From contig CM075990.1 in NCBI GenBank assembly GCA_038087875.1, positions 2,048,001-2,112,000 on the forward strand: a stretch of 64,000 nt of DNA. The letters are read 5' to 3'. Positions 14,070-26,374 of this stretch are shown here, piece after piece. This DNA is from Malacoraja senta (taxonomy: Eukaryota). Made by a program: the position numbers and the translations under genes. Below the pieces are notes generated by a model. The model was not told the origin of the DNA, made no database searches, and was given only the letters and a program-made list of their open reading frames with translations. Every line of letters begins with the position of its first letter. Position 1 is the stretch's first letter.

Positions 14070-14653
14070 GATTTCCTGAGGTTCGTAGATTGTAATGTAA
14101 ATTGTATTAGTTGCAATCAGCAAGTGTAGGCATGAATAGGGGAGACAGTCAGAACTTTTTATTTTCCCGTGGTAGAAATGTTAAAGACTAGAGCGTATAG
14201 CTTTAAGGCGAGAGGGGCCAAGTTTAAGGGGGGCGTTCATAAGTTCATGTCATAGGAGCAGAATTAGGCCATTCGGCCCATCGAGTCTACTCCTCCATTG
14301 AATTGTGGTTGGTCTATCTTTCCCCCTCAACCCCATTCTCCTGCCTTCTCCCCGTAACCAATGACATCATTACCAATCAAGAACCTGTCAAAGTCCCCGC
14401 TTTAAAAATACCCAAAGATTTGCCTCCACTGCCTCCGTGGCAATGAACTCCACAGATTTGCCACCCTCTGGCTAAAGTAATTCCTAAATTCCTGGCTTAA
14501 ACGTGCTGCCAGGGGTGGTGGTGGAGGCAGATACGATAGTGGAGTTTAAGAGGCTTTTGGGTAGGCACGCGGAGATGCAGGGAGTGGAGGGGTATGGATC
14601 ACGTGCAGGCAGAGGAGATGAGTTTAACTTGGCATCATGTTCGGCATGGACAT

Positions 14654-15290
14654 GATGCCTTCGACAAGGCAGCGCCATTACCACCTCAGGCAATTGAGGA
14701 ATATTCAGAGTGTCTCCGAGGATCCTCCAGTGCTTCTACTCAGCGGCTGTGGAAAGCATCTTGTCCGGAAATATTACAATCTGGTTTGGGAATTGCTCTG
14801 CCCAGGACAAGAAGGCTCTGCAGAGGGTAGTGCGTTCGGCCGAACGCACTATGGGAACTTCACTCGCCCCCCTGCAGGAACTATACATCAGGAGGTGCAA
14901 CTCCAGAGCCAATAAGATCATGGGGGACCCCTTCCACCCCTGCAACGGACTGTTCCAGCTGCTACAGTCAGGCAAACGCCTCTGTTGCCATGCTGTGAGA
15001 ACGGAGAGGGTGAGAAGGAGCTTCTTCCCAGAGACCATTAGGACTGTAAGCTCCTATCTCACCAGCGACTAACTTTACTGAACCAATCTACTGGGTTTTT
15101 TTAAATTGCTGTTTTTTTTCTCCCTTTTTCCTTCCGCCCACAATATTTAATATGTAAAAGAATATATGATTCTGTTCCATTCTGTTTGTTTGGTTGTTTG
15201 TTTGTTTTCTGCACAATCCGCGAGCATTGCCCCTTTTCGTTTCACTGCACATCTCGTATGTGTATGTGACGAATAAACTGACTTGACTTG
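14654..15290 (+). mobile_element. Rex1/Babar LINE 3' fragment inserted in a CR1 tail
   Basis: VESILSGNITIWFGNC..LQRVVRSAER..LLQSGKR..SFFP; TGACGAATAAA(CTGA/CTTGA)n tail; GACAT duplicated at 14649-14653 and 15290-15294. Confidence 0.85.
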
Positions 15291-16354
15291 ACATTGTGGG
15301 CCGAAGGGCCTGTTGGTGTGCTGGACTGTTCTGTTCTATGTACAAGGTATCCCTTTTGTTTGCCTTCTCAGAGCTGCATTTAACACTGTAAACAGCCAAA
15401 GGGTTGGGCATTTTATGTAAATGTATTTGAGAATTTTCAAATTTTATAATACATTTTTGTTCCCCTCACCCTGCTAACCTAGTTTGGCAGGTTTGATTTT
15501 ATTTGAATTGCTCGGGCTTACGAGTTTTGTTTCCTGAACTGCTGCTGCCTGTCCAAGCGGAATATGAGGTGCTGTTCCTCCAAAGGTCAGTGTGGGAATG
15601 AGAAGGGGAAGGGTTAAAGTGTTTGGCAACCGGGAGATCAGGTAGGTTTAGGCAGACTGAACGATAAACCTGCACGTCTTTGGAGTGTGGGAGAAAACTG
15701 GAGCACCCAGGGAAAACCCACCTGGTCACAGGGAGAACGTATAAACTCTGTACAGACAGCACCCGTAGTCAGGTTCGAACCCGGGTCTCTGGCGCTGTGA
15801 GGCAGCAACTCTACCGCTGCGCCACCGTGCCGCCCCACAGGAAGAGGAAGCGACGGAATGGAAGCCAAAATCAAAGAGGAGGATGTTATCTGATTCGAGG
15901 CTCAAGGAACTGCAGATGCTGGAATCTTGAGCGAAACAGAAAGTGCTGGAGTAACTCAGCGGGTCAGGCAGCATCTGTGGAGGGGAATGATTAGGCCATG
16001 TTTCAGACCTGATTTTCTGTCATAAAATACCTTGGGGAATGAGAGAGTGGAGAAGCCTATAGCCTGCTCCAGGCTCATTTACAGTACCTCAAATTAATTG
16101 AGCTTTTGCTAACGTTCTTAATTATTTAAAGGAAGCTTAAACGATTGTTTTATTGTGAATTTTTAATTACTTACAGATATCCCTGAATATCCGTTTTGAT
16201 ACCTGGTAATAAGGTTCCTGTAGCCGGTGTTTTTTAATGTTGCATTGTTGTGTGGGAGGGGTTGTTCTGCCCCCCTACCCCTCCCCACCACCAAACCCCT
16301 CCCTCAGGCTCAGGGAAGCACCTACTACCCGTGTTCCAAGGAATAATACCCACG

Positions 16355-16650
16355 AGGGTGGCACGGTGGTGCAGCGGTAGAGTTGCTGCCTCACAGCACC
16401 AGAGTCCCGGGTTCGATCCCGACTACGGGTGCTGCCTGTACAGAGTTTGTACGTTCTCCCGTGACCTGCCTGGGTTTTCTCCGAAATCTTCGGTTTCCTG
16501 CCACACTCCAAAGACGCACAGGTTTGTAGGTTAATTGGCTTGGTGTAAATTAAAAAAATATCCCTAGTGTGTGTAGGGCAGTGTTAGTGTGCGGGGATCG
16601 CTGGTCGGAGTGGACTTGGTAGGCCGAAGGGCCTGTTTCCGCGCTGTAAC
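16355..16650 (+). mobile_element. HE1-like V-SINE
   Basis: GGCACGGTGGTGCAGCGGTAGAG head, GGTTCGATCC B-box, V-domain, GGCCGAAGGGCCTGTTTCC tail. Confidence 0.85.
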
Positions 16651-18074
16651 AGTCTCTTCGGCCTACCGAGTCTGCTCTGACCAGCGATTACTGAATTAAA
16701 TTAAAAAGTCATAAACATCGTGGTAAACCTCTAGACTAAATGCAATCTGCATTATTGATCCACAGAAATGGGTTTGAATTTCACATCAGCATTCATTACA
16801 TTTAAATCCTTCATTAAATAACTCTAGATTGAAAAAGAAATAAGCTAATATTCAAACCGCGACCTTGAAACTGTTGGGTTTTGTCCAAACACATCTGTCT
16901 AATGTCCAAAAGGACACAGAGTGCTGGAGTAACTCAGCGGGTCAGGCAGCATCTCTGGAGAACATGGATGGTTTGGGCCGGGACCCTTAAAGTCATAGTG
17001 TCATAGTGCCATATAGCTTGTAAACGGGTCCTCCAGCCCAATTCGTCCATACCGACCAACATGCCACTTGCACGCATTTGACCCATATCCCTCTAAACCT
17101 TTCCTATCCATGATTCTGTCCAAATGTCCAGAAGAATGTCTCCAGTCTAAAGACGGGTCTCGACCCGAAACGTCACCCATTCCTTCTCTCCAGAGATGCT
17201 GCCTGTCCTGCTGAGTTACACCAGTTTTTGTGTCCATCTTCAAATGTCTATTAAATCTTATTATTGTCCCTGCCTCTGCTACCTCGTCTGGCAGCTCGTT
17301 CCATATGCCTACCACCCTCTGTGTGTAAAAAGTCGTCCCTCGGGTTCCTATTAAATCCCCCCCCCCCCCCCTCACCTTAAACCTATGTCCTCTGGTTCTT
17401 GATTCCCCTACTCTGGACAAAAGACTGTGCATTTATCTATTCCTCTTATGATTTTATACACCTCTATAAGATCACCCCTCATCCTCCTGCAAGCAATAGA
17501 GCCCTAGCCTGCCCAACCTCTCCCTATAGCTCAGGCACTCAAGTCCTGGCAACATCCTCGTAAAACCCTTCTTCAGATTAATGCCTAGCACTACCCTACA
17601 CACAAGGGACAATTTACAATCTTTACCTAAGCCAATTAACCTACAAACCTGCACGTCTTTGGAGTGTGGGAGGAAACCAGAGCACCCAGAGAAAACCCAC
17701 ACAGGTCACGGGCAGAATGTAAAAACTCCCTACAGACAGCACCCATAGTCAGGATCAAACCCGGGTCACTGGCGCTGTGAGGCAGCAACTCTACCGCAGC
17801 GCCACTGTGCCACCCAAGTCCTATGGGAACAAAATCTTCCGTCCCTACTGTGTAAGGGAAGGAGATCAGAATACACGTGAACACTCACTCGGGGAAGCAC
17901 CCATCAGCAAGTGACAAGCATCGTGCTAAACCGCTAGACTATCTGTTATCTGCATTATTGATCCACAGAAATAGGTTTGAATTTCACATCAGCACTTAAT
18001 CAATTTCAATTTGTCATTAAATAAGTCTGAAATTTAAAAAAAAGAAGCTAATATTCAAAAGGTGACCATGAAGC

Positions 18075-18726
18075 CACGGGTGGATATCGTCTTTAAAACA
18101 TGAGGGGTACACAATGAGGCCTGACATCTGGGACAGGGGGTCGGAAACGTACGGCCCACGGGCCGCATCCGGCCCGCAACCCAAAATCATCCGGCCCGGA
18201 GGCGTATTTTTTTCAATTAGTTTTCGCGACCTGGGAACTACAGCCAGTCCCGGGGCAGGTGAGCTGACCTGGGAACTACAGCCTGTCCCGGGGCAGGTGA
18301 GCTGACCTGGGAACTACAGCCAGTCCCGGGGCAGGTGAGCTGACCTGGGAACTACAGCCAGTCCTGGGGCAGGTGAGCTGACCTGGGAACTACAGCCAGT
18401 CCCGGGGCAGGTGAGCTGACCTGGGAACTACAGCCAGTCCCGGGGCAGGTGAGCTGACCTGGGAACTGTGGGTCCTTTGGCCCACCGTGTCCGCGCAGAC
18501 CAGTAATCACCCCGTGCACTAGCACCATCCGACACACTAGGGACAATTTACCAAAGCACTAAACCTACAAACCTGCACGTCTTTGGAATGTGGGGCAAGC
18601 GAGCCGACCTGGGACTGGCTGTAGCGCCCAGGTCACAAGACATGGGGGGGTTGTCCCCCACCTCTCAAAACATGGGGAGGGACAGCCCCTCCCCCCCTCC
18701 CCCCCACCCCAGGATTTCCGCCCATG
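18075..18726. mobile_element. Non-autonomous hAT-type DNA transposon
   Basis: TIRs CACGGGTGGATATC / GATTTCCGCCCATG (11/14 match); 8-bp TSD CATGAAGC / CATGAAAC; single CTTGAAAC at the paralogous empty site 16864-16871. Confidence 0.8.
18228..18467 (+). repeat. 38-bp minisatellite, ~6.3 copies
   Basis: Unit GACCTGGGAACTACAGCCAGTCCCGGGGCAGGTGAGCT starting at 18228, 18266, 18304, 18342, 18380, 18418 and 18456. Confidence 0.97.
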
Positions 18727-18859
18727 CATGAAACTATTGGGTTTTGTCCAAACACACCTGTCTAGTGTCCAAAAGGACACAAAGTGCTGGAGTAACTCAG
18801 CGGGTCAGGCAGCATCTCTGGAGAACATGGATAGTTGACATTTTGGGTCTGGAACCTTA

Positions 18860-19072
18860 AGGGCCTGTCCCAATTAGCGATTTTTTTCGGCGACTGCTGG
18901 CACCCGTCATAGTCGCAGCAGGTCGCCGAAAATCTTGAACATGTTGAAAATCCATGGCGACCAGAAAAAGGTACGACTCTTTGGGCGACCACTCACGACC
19001 ATACAGATGTCACCCCGCGACTATGACGGGTGCTGGCAGTCGCCCAAAAATCGTGTAAGTGGGACAGGCCCT
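18860..19072. mobile_element. PIF/Harbinger-type MITE
   Basis: AGGGCCTGTCCCA..TGGGACAGGCCCT termini, ~65-bp imperfect inverted arms, TTA duplicated at 18857-18859 and 19073-19075. Confidence 0.85.
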
Positions 19073-19439
19073 TTAGAGTCATGGAGTCATAACGCCATGC
19101 AGCATGGAAACAGGCCCTTCGGCCCAATTTGTCCTGGCTGACCAACATGCCCCTTCGACACTAGTGCCACCTGCCTGCATTTGGCCCCTATCCCTCTAAA
19201 CCTGTCCTATCCTTGAACCTGTCCAAATGTCCCTTAAATGTTGTTCTTGTCCCTGCCTCAGCTACCTCCTCTGGCAGATTGTTCCATATACCCACAATTT
19301 TCTGAGTGAAAAAGTTGTCCCTCAGGTTCCTATTGAGTCTTTTCTCCCCTCACCTTAAACCTACAGTATGTCCCCTGGTTGTTGATTCATCTACTCTGGG
19401 TAAAAGGCATTTACCCTATCTGTTCCTCTTATGATCTTA

Positions 19440-19866
19440 AGGGGCTGTCCCACGGGTGACCAAATTGGCAAGTTTAGAAGAGTTTAGTAGAGTATGAAAA
19501 AAATGTCATGTTGAAGACCTCCTTCGACTATGTTGAAGACTAGCTTCGACTAGCTACGACTAACTTCGGGAAAATGGGACACCGAATAGTGGAGAGTGAA
19601 GACGACCTCCTTCGATCTCCTTCGACCTCCTTCGACTATGTTGAAGACTATCTACGACTACCCTCGACTACCATCGATTACCCACAACTAACGTGCCGAC
19701 TTACTACGACCTACTACGACTAAACCTACAAGTAAAAAAAGTATCGATTTTTTCCATGGCGACCTTTTTTTACTCGCGGGCATTTTTTAACATATTGAAA
19801 AATATACGCCGCGACCTAGCTGAGGCCTTGAGTACACGGAGACCTTGAGTATGCGGAGACCACTCA
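19440..19866. mobile_element. Harbinger-type MITE, left part only
   Basis: TTA|AGGGGCTGTCCCAC; internal (TCGACT/ACGACT/ACGACC) repeats and TTTTTACTCG.GG.CATTTTT shared with the 11200 element. No right TIR seen. Confidence 0.6.
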
Positions 19867-21484
19867 GGACCCTGAGAGTTATAGAGTCATACCTGGGGGA
19901 GGGGCGGGGGGAGGGGAGGTTTTGCTAACAGTGGGAGGTTTGAATGTTCTTGTATGGGACCCAGCGAAGGTTAGAAGACAAGGTAAAGAAGGTCAGGCAA
20001 TCAGTGTAGAAGGGACCTGATGTATTAACATGTGACTTGTGCAGAAGACGTGACATTTTAAGGTGAAAGAGCTTAATTGTCATGTTTAGAGACTGAGGAA
20101 TAATTAAAAGATATTAACCACAGGCTACATTGGGCATTAGATGGATTAGACAGGCTTGGATGGTTATCTCCAGAACACCAGTGATTGAGGGGAGAGATGA
20201 TGGAGGTGTATAATCGTGAGAGGCATAGATAGGGTAGATAGTCAGCACTTATTTTCTCAGGATGGAAAAATTAAATACTAGAGGTCGTAGCTTGAAGGTG
20301 TGTGAGGCAAAGTTTAACTGGGATGTGTGGGGCAAGTTTTTGTTACACGAGGGTTGGGTTGTCTGGAACGTGCTGCCAGGGATGGTGGTGGAGGCAGATA
20401 CAATAGTAGCGTTTAATAGACTTTTGGATAGACAAATGGATATACAGGGAGATGGAGGGATATGGATTTTGTGCAGGCAGATAAGGGCTAGTTTTGGCAT
20501 CATGTTCGGCTCAGACATTGCGGGCCGAATGGCCTGTTCCTATGCCACGCTGTTCCATGTTCCATATTGTCCTTTGTCATTGGCAGTTGAAAGTAAAGTC
20601 CAGTCAACTAGATTTGGGAAGAGACCTGGAGATTGAACATGTTGTGATTGTAGACACAAAAAGCTGGAGTACCTCAGCGGGACAGGCAGGCAGCATCACT
20701 GGAGAGAAGGAATGGGTGACGTTTTGGGTCGAGACCCTTCTTCAGATGTCTTGACCCGAAACGTCACCCATTCCTTCTCTCCAGAGATGCTGCCTGTCCC
20801 GCTGAGTTACTCCAGGGAGGGAATTTTGGAGATGAGATGTCTGCTGGATGAACATCTTGAGGAAACTCTCTCCGTTCTGAGTGAGGGCAAGTGAGACCAG
20901 TTGATTTCAGGAGAGATTGTTTGAGGATGGGATACTCAGTGCCTGGCTGGTAAATCATGGAATCCTTTTATGGACTAGCTGTAATTGTTTATATTGGGGA
21001 GAAAGAAAATATTTCTTTGCGTACGAATGAATGGCTTCATATAAATATTATTTCATTCCCAAGCCGTGTCTAACGGCAATGGTTCTGATGTTGGCTCAGG
21101 CCTGAACACCACCAGCTCTTTGGTTCCAGCTTCATATACAATATATTATCAGCAGTGAGCCCACGCAGTCTGTATCAACGACTATCATAACATTTACAGC
21201 GTGGAAAAAGGATCTTCGACCCAACGCCCACACCGGCCAACATGTCCCATCCACACTAGTCCCACCTGCCTGCGTTTGGCCCATATCCCTCCAAACCTGT
21301 CCTGTCCATGTGCCTGCCTAACTGTTTCTTAAAAGTTGGAATTGTCCCAGCACCAACTACTTCCTCTGCCAGCTTGTTCCATACACCCACCACCCTTAGT
21401 GAGAAAAAGTTATCCCTCAGATTCCTATTAAATCTTTTCCCCTTCACCTTAAATCGTTGTCCTCTTAAGAGACATTTGGACAGG

Positions 21485-22105
21485 TCTTCTTCTTCTGTCG
21501 TGTGTCTTTAAGACCTGCAGCTCCGTTGAGGCGAGCCAGGCCAACGTGTCATCGTCGAGGTCAATCACACCTCGTTCACCATTCGGTGGCCGGTGTTGGG
21601 GGCAACTGGTGACTATGTGTGGGCTCCACTGTCTGTGTTGGGTCCCCACACTCGCGGGAGGCACTCGCTGTCCACGAGGCCCCACCTCTTCATCGCTACT
21701 CCATAGCGTCCGATGCCTGTCCTCAAGCGGTTGAGGGTTGTCCACTGCTTTCGGGGCAGGTCCTGGCCAGGGACGTCCATGGGGTCATTGATGTACTGGT
21801 GTAGCCTAGATGGTTCCGCTGACTTCCACTGGTCTCTCCATCTCGTCTTGACCCAGGCGGCCTTAGAAGCGTCAGCCGGTGTTGTGCAGAGCAGCTCTTG
21901 GGCTTGCGTGGCAAAGGGGTGCCGTGACTTGAGGCGCACTTGTCGTGGTGTCTCTGTGACGATCTGATGGAGGAGGTGGGATTCACTGGTCTGTGCCTTT
22001 CGAGAGAGGGCCAGCGTGGCTGCTTCTGGTCTGATGTTGGCTGGGGCGATGCCAGTGAGGACGGGCAGTTGGTTTACTGCGGTGGCTCGTAGGCATCCGG
22101 ACCTA
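21485..22105 (-). mobile_element. Vingi/Ingi-like LINE 3' fragment
   Basis: GCLRAT..LPVLTGIAPANIR, RLKSRHPF, LPRKQWTTLNRLRTGIGR, C-terminal C..CG..QTVEHIVTSC zinc-knuckle-like motif, 3' ACACGACA(GAA)n tail. Confidence 0.7.
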
Positions 22106-22376
22106 CGCTTGGTCTCGCCGATGTAGAAAAGTTAGGAGAAGGGCCTCGAGCCGAAATGTCGCCCATTTCTTCTCGCCATAGATGCTGCCCCACCCGCTGA
22201 GTTTCTCCAGCATTTTTGTCTACCTTTGATTTTTCCAGCATCTGCAGTTCTTTCTTAAACAATAATACAACATATGCCTTTCAACTTAACAATGTTAATA
22301 ATTATAATATGTGATATGTTTTAGATTTGTATGCAGAGAAATATTCTCGTTGTTATTGTAGCTGTAGTTATTGCGA

Positions 22377-22481
22377 AGGGCCTGTCCCACTTAGGCGATT
22401 GTTCAGTGGACTGCCGGCGACTCTCTAATTCGCAGCACTCGTCCTGAAAACCGGGAACTGGAACGGCGACTGTCAGAGTGG

Positions 22482-22523
<42 letters not shown>

Positions 22524-22544
22524 CGCACACACGCACACACGCAC

Positions 22545-22602
<58 letters not shown>

Positions 22603-22850
22603 CGCAAAGGCGGGGGCCAGGGAAAGCGGAGGAGTGCAGTCTGAAATTCACACGGTGCAAAGCCAAGGTGATACAGACACACAGGAAGGTTAAGACGGCT
22701 ACCACAGTGTACAGTAGTCCTTTAAAAGAGGGGGGAGGGGAGAAAGGGGGAGAAGGGGGGGGGGGGGGGGGAGAAGTGGGAGGAGAAGAGGGAGAGAAGG
22801 AGTGGAGACACTTTTAAGAAGCCAGACAACTTTTAAGAAGCCTGGGATAC
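22377..22850. mobile_element. Harbinger-type element left end carrying a (CA)n tract
   Basis: AGGGCCTGTCCCACTTAGGCGAT terminus similar to 18860. Right end not identified. Confidence 0.5.
22483..22601. repeat. (CA)n microsatellite with CG interruptions
   Basis: Directly visible. Confidence 0.98.
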
Positions 22851-23551
22851 ACAGGCTTCTTTTCGAGGTTTCTTGCCCTGCTACAATCAGTCTGAAGGAG
22901 GGTCCCTAACCGAAACTTTGCTGATCCATGTTCCCCAGGGATGCTGCCTGGCCCGCTGAGTTAATCCAGCATTTTGTGTTTTATTTAAGTTTTCCAGCAT
23001 AGGTAGTTCCTTGTTCACTGACACCTTATTGTAACCCAAAACTTTCTTCCAAGGCATTCACCACTTTGTCAATTTAAAGAAAATATATTTTTTCCTATTG
23101 GACATGATATAGAAGGAGGATATTCGGCCCATCGAGTCTCTACCAGCTTCAGGAGCAGTGGCTTCTGTACCAATTATTCCTTGTACCCCATGTTTTAAAA
23201 TCCCCATCAACTCCTCTCAATTCTCCTGCCTCTCCACCAACTGCAACAGGAATTTACAGTGGCCAATTAACCGGCCAACCTGTATGTCGTTGAGATTGGG
23301 AAGAAACTGGAACACTCAAGAGAAACAGGGTGGCATGGTGGCGCAGCGGTAGAGTTGCTGCCTCACAGCGCCAGAGACTCCGGGTTCGATCCTGACTACG
23401 GGTGCTGTCTGCACATTCTCCCTGTGACCGAGTGGGTTTTCTCCGGGTGCTCCAGTTTCCTCCCACAACCCAAAGACGTGCAGGTTTGTAGGTGAATTTT
23501 CTTTTGTAGATTGTAAATTGTCCCTAGTGTGAAGGATATAGTGTTAGTGTA

Positions 23552-25979
23552 GAAACATAGAAACATAGAATATAGGTGCAGGAGGAGGCCATTCAGCCCT
23601 TCGACCCAGCACTGCCATTCATTGTGATCATGGCTGATCATCCCCAATCAATAACCCGTGCCTGCCTTCTCCCCATATCCCTTGATTCCACTAGCCCCTA
23701 GAGCTCCATCTAACACTCTCTTAAATCCATCCAGTGATTTGGCCTCTGTGGCAGGGAATTCCACAAATTCACAACTCTCTGGGTGAAAAAGTTTTTTCTC
23801 ACCTCAGTCTTAAATGACCCCCCCTTTATTCTAAGACTGTGGCCCCTGGTCTGGACTTGCCCAACATTGGGAACATTTTTCCTGCATCTAGCTTGTCCAG
23901 TCCTTTTATAATTTTATATGTTTCTATAAGATCCCCCCTCATCCTAAATTCCAGTGAATACAAGCCTAGCCTTTTCAATCTTTCCTCATATGACAGTCCC
24001 GCCATCCCAGGGATCAATCTCGTGAACCTACGCTGCACTGCCTCAATCACAACGATGTCCTTCCTCAAATTAGGAGACCAAAACTGTACACAATACTCCA
24101 GATGTGGTCTCACCAGAGCCCTATACAACTGCAGAAGAACCTCTTTACTCCTATACTGAAATCCTCTTATTATGAATGCCAACATTCCAGCTTTCTTCAC
24201 TGCCTGCTGTACCAGCTCGCCAACTTTCAGTGACTGGTGTACAAGGACACCCAGGTCTTGCTGCACCTCCCCCTTACCTAACCTAACCCCATTGAGATAA
24301 TAATCTGCCCCCTTGTTTTTGCCGCCAAGGTGGATAACCTCACATATATTTATATTATACTGCATCTGCCACGCATCTGCCCACTCACTCAACCTGTCCA
24401 GGTCACCCTGCAACCTCCTAACATCCTCTTCACAGTCCACACTGCCACCCAGCTTTGTGTCATCCGCAAACTTGCTAGTGTTGCTCCTAATTCCTTCTAC
24501 CAAATCATTAATATATATGGTAAACAGTTGCGGCCCCCAACACCGAAGCTTGCCGCACTCCACTCGCCACTGCCTGCCATTCTGAAAAGGACCCGTTCAC
24601 TCCTACTCTTTGCTTCCTGTCTGCCAACCATTTTTCTATCCATGTCAACACCCTACCCCCAATACCATGTGCTCTAATTTTAGTCACCAGTCTCCCGTGC
24701 GGGACCTTATCAAAGACTTTCTGAAAGTCTAGATACACTACATCCACTGGCTCCCCTTCATCCATTTTACTTGTCACATCCTCAAAAAATTCCAGAAGAT
24801 TAGTCAAGCTTGATTTCCCTTTCATAAATCCATGTTGACTTGGACTAATCCTTTTACTGCTATCCAAATGCCCCATTATTACCTCTTTATTAATTGACTC
24901 CAGCATCTTTCCCACCACCGAAGTCAGGCTAACTGGTCTGTAATTCCCCGTTTTCTCTCTCGCTCCTTTCTTGAAAAGTGGGATAACATTAATTATCCTC
25001 CAATCCACAGGAACTGATCCTGAATCAATTGAACATTGGAAAATGATCACCAATGCGTCCACTATTTCTAGAGCCACCTCCCTGAGGACCCTGGGATGCA
25101 GACCATCAGGCCCAGGGGATTTATCATCCTTCAGTCCCATTAGCCTACCCAATGCTATTTCTCACCTAATGAAAATTTCATTCAGTTCCTCTACCCCCTT
25201 AGATCCTCTGTCCTCCAGTACATCTGGGAGATTGTTTGTGTCTTCCTTAGTGAAGACAGATCCGAAGTACCTGTTCAACTCTTCTGCCATTTCCTTGTTC
25301 CCCATAATAATTTCACCCGTGTCTGCCTTCAAGGGACCCACATTTGACTCTACTACTCTTTTTCCCTTAACATATCTAAAGAAGCTTTTACTGTCCTTCT
25401 TTATATTCCTGGCCAGCTTCGTACTTCATCTTTTCAGCCCGTATTGCCCGTTTTGTTTCCTTCTGTTGACCTATGAAAGTTTCCAATCCTCTGGCTTCCG
25501 GCTACTCTTTGCTGTGTTATACATCTTTTCTTTTAGTTTTATTCTATCCCTAACATCTCTTGTCAGCCACGGTTGCCTTCTACTCCCCTTAGAATCTTTC
25601 TTCCTTTTTGGAATGAAATGATCCTGCGTCTCCTGGATTATGCCCAGAAATTCCTGCCATTGTGGCGGCACCTGATAGCAACCCAAGGTCACGATGAACC
25701 ATCGGCTCTAGAGGGCGACATCTTGGTGGGGGAGGCGCGAGTCACGGGGTCGGTACCTCAGCTGGTATTTAAGGCCGGGCAGTGCCCGGCTCAGGGGAGT
25801 AGTAGGGAGCTGTATTACAGAAGAATAAACATATTTAGTGCACACAACTCGTGCCCGACTTGTTTTTGCCTGAACTCCTGCGTGTCCCTGCCACACCATT
25901 GCTGTTCCACCGTCATTCCTGCTAGGATCCCTTTCCAGTCTACCTTGGCCAGCTCCTCTCTCATGCCTTCATAGTCCCA
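23552..25979 (-). mobile_element. CR1 LINE, ~2.4 kb, 5'-truncated, inserted in a SINE tail
   Basis: KSPGPDGLHPRVL, NYRPVSLTSVVGK, QHGFMKG, YLDFQKVFDKVPH, KFADDTKLGG; (TTCTATGT)n tail; TSD TAGTGTA at 23545-23551 and 25980-25986. Confidence 0.93.
25661..25895 (+). mobile_element. Solo LTR (235 bp) inside CR1
   Basis: TGTGGC..GCCACA termini, 4-bp TSD CCAT (25657-25660, 25896-25899), TATTTAA at 25766, AATAAA at 25824. Confidence 0.85.
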
Positions 25980-26374
25980 TAGTGTACGGGGTGATCACTG
26001 GCCGGCGCAGACTTGGTGGGCCGAAGGGCTAGTTTCCGCGCTGTACCACGAATCTGAAGTAAACTTGTATGGTTGGAATGTGGTTGCGGAGGTTTGAGTG
26101 CATACAATCTGCTCAACAAATGAGCGATGAGTTGATTTGTCTTTCCCCAGTTCATTACCTCTCCTTACTGCAACATCCTGCAGCCTTGCCACTATCTCCA
26201 AATCTTCCATGTCCTCTCATGTGCCCCTTCCCAATCAACAGTTGCCACGTTTCCTGTTGACTTGGCCTGATACACTGGCCTTTCCTCCCTGAACCCTGCT
26301 TCCTGTTCATCTCTCCCATTTTAAACCAATCAGCATCTCCCTGTAAACTCTCAGCTTACTTTAGTGTAGAGATA

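Larger units (their letters stand above)
16716..19436. repeat. Diverged tandem duplication (copy 1 ~16716-17460, copy 2 ~17919-19436)
   Basis: Both copies share CATCGTG.TAAACC.CTAGACTA..TCTGCATTATTGATCCACAGAAAT.GGTTTGAATTTCACATCAGCA and TTGGGTTTTGTCCAAACACA.CTGTCTA.TGTCCAAAAGGACACA in the same order. Confidence 0.85.

Noticed and set aside
16355..16430. tRNA genes suggested by A-box/B-box motifs
   Set aside because: They are SINE heads continuing into the V-domain and CR1-like tail, in dozens of diverged copies.
18228..18467. CRISPR-like regular repeats (also 49500-49677)
   Set aside because: Units are contiguous and near-identical with no unique spacers, there are no cas genes, and the context is vertebrate. 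These are minisatellites.
22321..22705. CV/HT-repeat ORFs (and YLSI ORFs at 60432-60787)
   Set aside because: Translations of (CA)n and (GATA)n microsatellites.
24971..25621. 216-aa plus-strand ORF and similar antisense ORFs
   Set aside because: Shadow frames opposite CR1 ORF2.
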